Positions 47,863 through 55,524 of a stretch of 64,000 nucleotides of DNA are shown piece after piece (position 1 is the stretch's first letter; each line of letters starts with the position of its first letter). The stretch covers positions 128,001 to 192,000 of the forward strand of contig JBDHAB010000004.1 of assembly GCA_039588295.1 (NCBI GenBank), written 5' to 3'. Origin of the DNA: Gemmatimonadota bacterium. GTDB lineage: Bacteria; Gemmatimonadota; Gemmatimonadetes; Gemmatimonadales; GWC2-71-9. The notes beneath the pieces were generated by a model. It saw nothing but the letters and a program-made list of their open reading frames with translations. It searched no databases and had not been told where the DNA came from. Position numbers and translations under genes: made by a program.

Positions 47863-48638
47863 TCATCTCGCCGCGGGCTGCAGCGAGCCACCGCCGTGCG
47901 ATGCATGACACTCCGTGCACTTCCCCCCAGGGCCATGTGCCGGGGCCGCTGCCGCCGCGGCAGCCCGTGACAGACGGCGGCGACCTGCGCTCGCGCCGAC
48001 CGTCGACAGCCCGCTGGCCGAGTGGCACGACTGGCACTGCAGGTCGGGCGTGCTCTCGCGCAAGAGCCGCGTGCCCGGCTGACCGTGGTGCAGGTCGTGA
48101 CAGTCCGAGCACGCGAGGGAAACGTGCTCGTGGGTCGCATACTCCGACGAGCTGTGGCACCCGGCGCAGATCATGCGCTGTTCGCTCGCGTCGGGGATCG
48201 GCGACAGCCGGTCGTGCGGGTCGTGACAGTCGGTACACTCGATCACCGCGGACTGCGACGCCAGTTGCAGCGGCGAGCGCAGGTACCGGCGCGACGCCCG
48301 CCGCCGCCCGGTGGGCTGCGGTATGCTCACCTCCACATCGCCGAGCGGGTGAACCCCTACGCCGGTCGGCCCGAGGTACCGCGCGCCGTCGGATTGGCGG
48401 ACGGCCGTGAGTGCGGGGAGGCCGGGTTGCTGCTGACGGAGGCTCTCGTTGAGGTGAGGGAGCCTTCGCCGAGTCGCAGCGTCGCCCTGGTCGGCCGTCC
48501 CACGTGGGCGGCGTGGCAGTAGTCGCACGAACTGAGTTCTCCCACACCCTCGGTCTCCGCCACCTGAGGATGCTGACCCTGGGCGGAGGTGGGAACGAGG
48601 GCCACCACCGGCAGCCACGCGAGCCTGGCTATCCGCAA
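47863..48638 (-). pseudogene. Secreted multiheme cytochrome c split by a frameshift (at least 6 hemes)
   Basis: Signal peptide and CDYCH are in one frame (48638-48357). HPLG...IECTDCHDPH, CAGCH, CSDCH, CQSCH and CTECH are in another frame ending at 47863. Could be a sequence error. Confidence 0.72.
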
Positions 48639-48639
48639 G

Positions 48640-50544
48640 CTAGAACCGCCTCCGGACCCAGATTGTGACCCGGTTATCCGCCCGGCCGACTACGTCGTTC
48701 CAGGTACGCGCCTGGAAATCCGCGGCGACGGTGACGAGTGCCACGGTCAGCGTGGCACCGATGCCGCCACCGATGTTCCGGCGGGTGTCGTCGGTAGCCA
48801 GCCGGGTGACGCTCCACGCCCCGAGGTGGGCGCGTGTGCGGAGCCAGCGCAGCCCCTCCCAGTTGGCACCACCCGAAATGTTGAGGGTGCGGGCCAGATT
48901 GCCGGGATCGCCCGACCAGCTCATGCCCCCACCCAGCCCGACCCGGACCTGCTGAGGCAGGCGGACGTTGATGCCACCGCTCACCGACGTGGCGCTGAAG
49001 GCGTAGTCGCCACTGGTTCTGCGGATCCGCGTCACGGCCACTCTCCCGGACCCCAGCGGAACGGAACCCGCGATGCGCAACCCGAACTCCAGCTCGCTGA
49101 GGTCCCGGAGGAAGAGGCCGCCCGTGCTGCCGGATGGGAGTTCCGACAGCGGCTCCGCCCGGCGCAGCCGCACGAACGTTTCCGCGGGGCCAACCGACGC
49201 CCGGGCGTTGGCCGAGAGGGTGAGATGATCGAGTGGCCCACTCGCAGGTGAGGCGTACGCGTAGTCGACCTGGACGGTATCGCCGGGGGCGATCCGGCTC
49301 GCCGGAGCGAGGGTCACCAGCGTAAACGCACCGCTTGGAAGCAACTCGTAATCCAGTCCCGCTTCGTAGAGGATGGCCCGGTCCCCGCTGAAGATGCGAA
49401 CCGAGGCAGCCTCCACCCTGGGATTCTCGAGCAGGAAGCTCCCGTCCGCGCCGACGACGCGCTCTTCCCCCACCACGTCGGCCAGCCCCTCGTCCGTGGC
49501 CTCCGCCTGTCCGCGGAGGTATTGGACCGATCCGCCGCCGCCCAGTCGGACGGAGCCGAACAGACGGTAGCCGAAGCCCACCGACTGCCCAACCGACAGC
49601 TCCCGTTGCCGCTCGATCCGGCCCCGCACCCACCGCGAGGAGACGTTGCTGCGACCCACGAGCCCGGGACCGACAGGGTACGACATGCCGTATCCCGCAC
49701 TCCAAACCGATCGCCCTGCTGCGTCGGATCGGGTGTTGCGATATTGGAACGAAAGGCTCGACTGCACTCTTTGGGCATGCCGGATGCGGCCGATCTCGGA
49801 CCACTGCAGGCTCCGCCGACCTAGGCCGTCCACGAAGCTCAACCTGGAGCTCCAGGAGCTGCCCCGGCCCCAGCCGTGTCGATGTCCCAGGCTGGCCACC
49901 CACTGCGCGTCCTTGCGGTTGCTCGCCTGTGTCCACCAGAAGCGCTGCACGAGCAATTGCGTCTTGCGATTGCGCGCCTCCAGCGCGAGTGAGCGGTTCG
50001 TGAAGGTCAGGGGCGAACCGGTGGTAAACCCCTCCGTCTCCGCCTTGTGGCGGTACAACAGCTTCGTCGGCAGACCGGGCAACTGCGCGTCGAAACGGGC
50101 TCCATAGTATGAAACCCATCGCTCCGTTTCAAAGCCGGTCCGATCCTGCCGGACGGTGGTGCTCCGACCGCCATTCAGCGTCAGCCAGTATGGCCGGCTG
50201 TTCTGGAGAACGTTCGCATGCGCCGACCATCCGAAGTCGCGCAGGGAGGAGGACTCGGTGCTCGTGCCCCCGATCTGCGTCCACTGCGGTTGCAGGGTGA
50301 CGCCGAACCGGAACGCGCCGGGATGGAGGATGACGCCGTCCACTTCGAGCGACGCGAACTCCGTCGTCTGGAGGTTGTAGGCTCCGGCGGGGAAGGTCTG
50401 GTCGCTTTTCCAGTTTCGGAGCAGTCGTGCACCGATGCTCCCCCTCACGTCCGTGAGGGAGAACCACGTCTGAGCGGAAACGGGTTCCGCCGTGCTCCCC
50501 AGAGTTCCCAGGAGGAAGAACCATGCGAGCAGGCCGTGTCTCAT
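48640..50544 (-). CDS. Putative outer-membrane beta-barrel protein with an inserted soluble domain
   Basis: Signal peptide VSA|Q; amphipathic beta strands; C-terminal ...WVRRRF (terminal Phe); no Cys. Confidence 0.7.
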   Translation of the reverse strand: MRHGLLAWFFLLGTLGSTAEPVSAQTWFSLTDVRGSIGARLLRNWKSDQTFPAGAYNLQTTEFASLEVDGVILHPGAFRFGVTLQPQWTQIGGTSTESSSLRDFGWSAHANVLQNSRPYWLTLNGGRSTTVRQDRTGFETERWVSYYGARFDAQLPGLPTKLLYRHKAETEGFTTGSPLTFTNRSLALEARNRKTQLLVQRFWWTQASNRKDAQWVASLGHRHGWGRGSSWSSRLSFVDGLGRRSLQWSEIGRIRHAQRVQSSLSFQYRNTRSDAAGRSVWSAGYGMSYPVGPGLVGRSNVSSRWVRGRIERQRELSVGQSVGFGYRLFGSVRLGGGGSVQYLRGQAEATDEGLADVVGEERVVGADGSFLLENPRVEAASVRIFSGDRAILYEAGLDYELLPSGAFTLVTLAPASRIAPGDTVQVDYAYASPASGPLDHLTLSANARASVGPAETFVRLRRAEPLSELPSGSTGGLFLRDLSELEFGLRIAGSVPLGSGRVAVTRIRRTSGDYAFSATSVSGGINVRLPQQVRVGLGGGMSWSGDPGNLARTLNISGGANWEGLRWLRTRAHLGAWSVTRLATDDTRRNIGGGIGATLTVALVTVAADFQARTWNDVVGRADNRVTIWVRRRF

Positions 50545-51431
50545 TGAGCGTTCGCCGGTGCCTCGGTGGGGGCGGTGTGGCACCTGGTGCAATCCACGAG
50601 GTCGAAGGCGACCTCGCCATCATGACAGGCACCGCAGGCGGCGCCGTCTCGCATGGCCGCCATGGTGAGCGTGTCCGAGCCGGCGCGCATGGCAAAGAGG
50701 GATGGGTGACATGCGGTACACCGGTACCGGATGCGGTGGCGCCAATGGGGGAAGCGGGCATGGGGGAACGCCGCCTCCACGTTCTCGTCGACGCCGTGGC
50801 GCGCAAGCACGACGTCTTTGCCCAGCGGGTTGGTGATGGGCTCGAACGCAGGCATGCCCTCGTGGCACCGCACGCAGGTCGACGTTGCGAATGACACCGG
50901 GCCGTGGCACTGCCCGCACGCCTCCCCGTTGTTGATCAACGCCATGGTGACGGGCTCACCCCGGTAGCGCACGATGGCCGGATGGCAGCCATCGCACCCA
51001 ACCCACTGGACGTGGGAGGAATGGGGGAACCGTGCATCGAACATCGGATCCGGGCCTTTGTAGAGGAAATCGAATCCGAACGCGTGCTGATCGGCGCCAT
51101 CCGGCTCACCGGCGACCGACCAGCGCGGGTCGATCACGCCGCGACGGAGGGCCTCCATCCAATCAACCCCGTCCGCCACGTCGCGCGGCAGCAGGGCGAG
51201 AACGCTGTCCCGCGCCGTCACCCGTTCGATGGCGGGCCGGTCGGCAACCGTGTCACTTGGGATGCTGCGGGAGACAATGCCCGGCGCTGTCTGGGAGGTC
51301 TCGGGCTCCTGGGGCAGGTCGAGCAGAACGGCCGCCGCCGTCGAGCAGCCCGCCAGGAGTGCTGCCGCCACCACGGTGCATGCAGCCCGTCCTCCAAATC
51401 GAGACCCGGATGTGGATGCAACTCGTGTCAT
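50541..51431 (-). CDS. Hexaheme lipoprotein cytochrome with two c7 (PpcA-like) triheme domains
   Basis: Lipobox LLAGC; two repeats of FPHxxH...CxxCH...M...G..CGxCH...F...CxRCH. Confidence 0.88.
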   Translation of the reverse strand: MTRVASTSGSRFGGRAACTVVAAALLAGCSTAAAVLLDLPQEPETSQTAPGIVSRSIPSDTVADRPAIERVTARDSVLALLPRDVADGVDWMEALRRGVIDPRWSVAGEPDGADQHAFGFDFLYKGPDPMFDARFPHSSHVQWVGCDGCHPAIVRYRGEPVTMALINNGEACGQCHGPVSFATSTCVRCHEGMPAFEPITNPLGKDVVLARHGVDENVEAAFPHARFPHWRHRIRYRCTACHPSLFAMRAGSDTLTMAAMRDGAACGACHDGEVAFDLVDCTRCHTAPTEAPANAQ

Positions 51432-51522
51432 CGCTCATCCCGCTTCGATCGGACAGCCCCGTGTGGTCCACCCGTCCCACCCGCTCGCCCCCAGCTGGAT
51501 CCTGTCTCTTACCCCGATTTCA

Positions 51523-51539
51523 TGGCAAGATCATTGCCT
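51523..51539. promoter_or_regulatory. Dyad giving a sigma54-like GG-N10-GC motif on both strands
   Basis: Plus strand TGGCAAGATCATTGC and minus strand AGGCAATGATCTTGC, in the divergent intergenic region. Confidence 0.4.
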
Positions 51540-51809
51540 CTTCCGTATAAAGCAATCGTGAACAGCGACTTAAGGCCCGGCGGAGGCCCCGATGAATGTG
51601 TTCTGGCACCGTGGCGTAGGTGCCACGGACGTTGCAGAATTGGGACGGAACCTATGTTAATACAGGCTTCATTAAATCTTTACGGCTGAGGGCGTACAGT
51701 CCCACAGCCTCTAGGCAGAAAGAGTACGTAGGCGTTGGCAAAGGCCCGTATTGGGGCCCCAAGAGCGGCCTTTGCGAAGTGGTTAGGTCCATGGACTGGA
51801 GGAGGAGGT

Positions 51810-52463
51810 ATGAAGAGAACGCTTGTTTCAACGATGGTGGCGCTCGCAATGCCTGTTTTCGCGGCGTCGGCTTCGCCCCTGTGGAATGCGACCCTGTCGA
51901 CGACGCCGTGGACGAGCTTGGCGGCCAGCCCGCACGACTTCACGGCGTCCAATCCGGATCCGACCTACGCCGCGATTGCCGCGACGAACAAGTGTGAGTC
52001 GTGTCACCACCCTCACGAAGCGATTGGCGCCGCCTACGGTCCGCTGTGGAACCACAGCCTCAATTCAGGCGCCAACGCGTATACGATGTACGGTACCACC
52101 ATCGCTGGCAACGACCCCACCAACAATGCGGTCGGCAACGCATCGCTCCGGTGCTTGGGCTGCCATGACGGCACGCTTCCGATCGATGCCTACGGCGGCA
52201 GCGCGGGCACCCCGACGCTCACGGTCGGCCTGGAGAAGTTCAGCAACCTGGCCGACGTGACAACCGATCTGACGGACGATCACCCGGTGGGGTACAACAT
52301 TCCTCTTGGTACGGCGGGCTGGCAGGCCAATCTCACCGGTGCTTCTGCCACGGCCTACAGCGGCGACGTGGAGTGTGCCAGCTGCCACGATCCGCACGGC
52401 ACGACGTACGGCGTGAAGTTTCTGCGGGCTGCGGACTTCTGCACGGACTGCCACGACAAGTAG
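51810..52463 (+). CDS. OmcE-like tetraheme cytochrome (candidate cytochrome nanowire subunit)
   Basis: GGAGGAGGAGG RBS; signal peptide; ordered motifs PHDF, CESCHHPH, PLWNH, YTMY, SLRCLGCHDG, DLTDDHPV, VECASCHDPH, FLR, CTDCHDK-stop, matching the OmcE pattern as I recall it. Confidence 0.85.
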   Translation: MKRTLVSTMVALAMPVFAASASPLWNATLSTTPWTSLAASPHDFTASNPDPTYAAIAATNKCESCHHPHEAIGAAYGPLWNHSLNSGANAYTMYGTTIAGNDPTNNAVGNASLRCLGCHDGTLPIDAYGGSAGTPTLTVGLEKFSNLADVTTDLTDDHPVGYNIPLGTAGWQANLTGASATAYSGDVECASCHDPHGTTYGVKFLRAADFCTDCHDK

Positions 52464-52521
52464 GCAGGTCTGCCCTGGCACCGAAGCCGGGGAATGAGTA
52501 CAATCGAGATGCGACGATGGG

Positions 52522-52546
52522 GGTGGCCGAGGTTGGCCACCTTCTT
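52522..52546 (+). terminator. Hairpin between the OmcE-like gene and the NHL gene
   Basis: GGTGGCC-GAGGTT-GGCCACC followed by TTCTT. Confidence 0.55.
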
Positions 52547-52581
52547 CGTATGGAGAATTGGCGAAGGCAGGGGATCGTCAG

Positions 52582-53661
52582 ATGCTCGGGAGAAGCTATA
52601 GCATGATTCGGTTCGGTGGTCCGGTTCTGGCGATGGTGGTGGCTACGGCGTGTGCCAGCGGCGGCACCATGGAATACATCTTCTATCCGCCCCCGCCAGA
52701 CACGGCCCGCTTCCAATTCCTCAGGGGCATCTCCTCGCTCGATGACGTCAAAGGCTCCGGGCGGTCCTTATTCGCGGCCATTGTGGGTGAAGAGAGGAAG
52801 GCGAGCCCGATCCGCATCATCCGGCCGTACGGGGTCTCTGTCGACAGTGGCCTGATTTACGTCTGCGACGTCAATCTGCCCGGCGTCTCGATCATCGATC
52901 TGGCCGAGAAGTCGATGCGGCAGGTCATGAGCCCGACCCTGCCGCGACCCAGTGCCTGTGTGGTGGATCGGGCGACCGGTCAGCTCTACATCGCCGATTC
53001 CGAGCGACAGGAGATAGTGATCATAGGGACGGACGGCATCTACGCCGGCGTCGTGGGAGACAGCCTGCGCGGGCCCGGCGGTGTCTACGTGACCGATGAC
53101 CGGGTGTGGGTTACCGATATCGGAACGAAGCAGGTTCGCGTGTACGACAAGGCAACGCGCCAGCATCTGCGCGCATTCCCGGATCGGGGCCTCGAAAGAG
53201 ACGATCCGGCTCGGCTCCAGTGGCCCATGAGCCTGTCTGTGCATGGAGACCGCGTGTACGTCACCGACCAGTTCGCTGCGCACGTGAACGTCTATTCGAC
53301 GGACGGGGCGTACGTCAGAACGATCGGGCGACGCGGGGTGAGTTTCGGGGCCTTCGACCTGCCCAAGGGTGTCGTCGTGGATCCCGCAGGCCGGGTCTAT
53401 GTGGCGGACTTTCAGTTTCACCACGTCCAGGTGTTCGACGAGGAAGGGAGCGTGCTCACCTACTTCGGGGGTGGGGGTCGGGGGCGACCCGGATACCTGG
53501 GCGGGCCCATCGGCCTTGCCATCGACGACGTCAACCTTGAGTACTTTCGGGAGTACGTGCACCCGGACTTCGACCTGAAGTTTCTTATTTACGTGACGAA
53601 TCAGGTCGGTGCCCAGAAGCTCTCGGTCTACGGGTTCGTCGAGCCGAAAGCGGGACGCTAG
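52582..53661 (+). CDS. NHL-repeat beta-propeller lipoprotein
   Basis: Lipobox ATAC; FYPPPPDTARFQFL; blades PYGVSV, PGGVYV, PMSLSV, PKGVVVD, PIGLAID. Alternative ATG at 52603. Confidence 0.88.
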   Translation: MLGRSYSMIRFGGPVLAMVVATACASGGTMEYIFYPPPPDTARFQFLRGISSLDDVKGSGRSLFAAIVGEERKASPIRIIRPYGVSVDSGLIYVCDVNLPGVSIIDLAEKSMRQVMSPTLPRPSACVVDRATGQLYIADSERQEIVIIGTDGIYAGVVGDSLRGPGGVYVTDDRVWVTDIGTKQVRVYDKATRQHLRAFPDRGLERDDPARLQWPMSLSVHGDRVYVTDQFAAHVNVYSTDGAYVRTIGRRGVSFGAFDLPKGVVVDPAGRVYVADFQFHHVQVFDEEGSVLTYFGGGGRGRPGYLGGPIGLAIDDVNLEYFREYVHPDFDLKFLIYVTNQVGAQKLSVYGFVEPKAGR

Positions 53662-53904
53662 ACCCTAGCGCCGACCTGCGGCGGATGTTGCACGTCGGCA
53701 CTCGGGCCATCGATCCGAAGCACGTTCGGCTGCGGGCCCGAATGGCGCCGGTAAAGGTCACCCCAGCCACGTGGCGTGGATCGACCCAGGTGCCATCCTC
53801 GAACTCCCAGCCGTTGGCTCCAGCAGTCTCCACCGCATTGACGACTCATAACTGACCGTCTCGCGCAAGCAGCGGAAACACGGCCTGGCCAGGAGGGCCG
53901 GACG

Positions 53905-55437
53905 TCATTGATTCGGCCGGTTCGCACTCATGGCTTCGAGGGCTGCCGCGGCCGTTCTATTCTGCCGATCGAGGCGGAGGACACGACGGTACCATCCTTC
54001 GGCCTCCCCCGTGTTCCCGCGGCCGGCAGCGCGACTTGCGAGCCGCAGGTACTGCATCACGTACACCTGGGTGTTCAGCACGCCCGCGCGTCTGTGCTCG
54101 TCGGCCTTTGCGGGTTGTCCGAGGCGCTCGTACTCCCGAATCAGCGCCACGCGCAGGGCGTTGGACCGTGGGCTCACCCGCACGGCCGTCTCGAATACCG
54201 TGACGTTATCGCGCCACACCGCGTTCCGGCGCGCCGTGAGCACCGACAAGGTGGTGAGCAGGACGACCGTCACGACCAGCGAGATGGGGACGCTTCGGAG
54301 TGCGCGACCGTGGACGCCTGCGGAGGCAACTGCCCGGACTGCCGCATACGCAAGGCCCAGCATCGGGACGTAGAGAAACCGTTCGCCGATCATTGCTCCC
54401 CTGAGTGGAACGATGTTCATGACGGGGAGGAGGGTAATAAAGAACCAGGCAATTCCAAATGCCACATGCGTGTTCCGGCGCATGTTGTATGCGGCGATGA
54501 ACACCACAATCGCGATGACGCCAAGCGCACCGAGAGCGCCGGGGTCGAGATAGGATTCCGGAATGCCGACCTCATGGCGAACGGATTGGCGCACGGGAAT
54601 CAGGAGAAGTCGGAGGTACTTTGCCACGACTGCCGCCTGCATCAGCATCGTTCTCGTGAAGGTGACACCCATCCACTCACCGCTCGCCAGCCCGCCGAGG
54701 AGGTGACTGCGCCACCAGACGAACGCCGCCGCAATGGCGACGAACCCGAGGAGATACGCAGAGTATCCTCGGTGCAGTGTGAATCCGTTCCTTCGGCGCC
54801 GGAGCAGCAAGTCGGACAGCACCACGAGCAGTGGCAGCGTGATGGCCATCTCCTTGGCCAGCAGTGCGAGGCCGAAGCACACATACACGGCCGCCACGGC
54901 ACCTGGGTGCCATGAGCCGCGCCTTCGTAGCCCTAAGTGCAGGTAGAGGGACAGCAAGACCAGGGACGCGGAGAGAAGGTCTGCGAATCCGGTCACATTG
55001 GCTACTGCCTCTGTCATGATCGGATGGGACGCAAAGACCGCTGCCACGATCATCCCCGCCCCGCGCGTGCCGGACAACAGGGTGAACACGGCGTAGGTCA
55101 GGAGGACGTTCACCACATGCACGAGACCATTGAGCGCGTGATACGCCAAAGGACTCAGTCCGAAGGCGTGATGTACGATCGCAAACACCAGCGTCCGGAG
55201 CGGCCGATAGTATGCCATGCCCTCGGCAGCCACACCCGTGCGGTAGTCGGTGAAGAACTGCGGCAGGTTCCCGAGATCGCGGACGGCAGGATTGTCGACG
55301 AGAACGGGAAAGTCGTCCCAGACGAAGCCGTTCAGCAGCGTATTCGCGTAGATCAGGACGGTTCCGAGCACGAGCGCGACGGGGACTACCGGAGGGTCCT
55401 TCCGCGTCGCCGGGCCGCTGTTACCTGCCATCGTCAT
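53905..55437 (-). CDS. TMTC-like GT-C membrane protein with a short TPR tail, paralog C
   Basis: NGFVWDD, YYRPL, HPIMTEAV, AKEMA, ERFLY and RNAVW motifs. Confidence 0.82.
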   Translation of the reverse strand: MTMAGNSGPATRKDPPVVPVALVLGTVLIYANTLLNGFVWDDFPVLVDNPAVRDLGNLPQFFTDYRTGVAAEGMAYYRPLRTLVFAIVHHAFGLSPLAYHALNGLVHVVNVLLTYAVFTLLSGTRGAGMIVAAVFASHPIMTEAVANVTGFADLLSASLVLLSLYLHLGLRRRGSWHPGAVAAVYVCFGLALLAKEMAITLPLLVVLSDLLLRRRRNGFTLHRGYSAYLLGFVAIAAAFVWWRSHLLGGLASGEWMGVTFTRTMLMQAAVVAKYLRLLLIPVRQSVRHEVGIPESYLDPGALGALGVIAIVVFIAAYNMRRNTHVAFGIAWFFITLLPVMNIVPLRGAMIGERFLYVPMLGLAYAAVRAVASAGVHGRALRSVPISLVVTVVLLTTLSVLTARRNAVWRDNVTVFETAVRVSPRSNALRVALIREYERLGQPAKADEHRRAGVLNTQVYVMQYLRLASRAAGRGNTGEAEGWYRRVLRLDRQNRTAAAALEAMSANRPNQ

Positions 55438-55524
55438 CGGTGTTCACTGCCCACGGCTGGTCCGTGCCTGTGTGCTCCGTGAACGACCGGTGTTGTCACT
55501 TGCAGCGCCTCGAGAACCGGCATA

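Noticed and set aside
51604..51636. TGGCAC/TGCCAC elements as the sigma54 promoter of the OmcE-like gene
   Set aside because: TGCCACGGACGTTGCA has the right spacing but lacks the invariant GG, and the TGGCAC copies lack a GC at the -12 position.
53585..53833. 82-aa minus-strand ORF (METAGANGWEFEDGTWVDP...)
   Set aside because: It overlaps the NHL gene end and has no recognisable motif; possibly a fragment, but unsupported.
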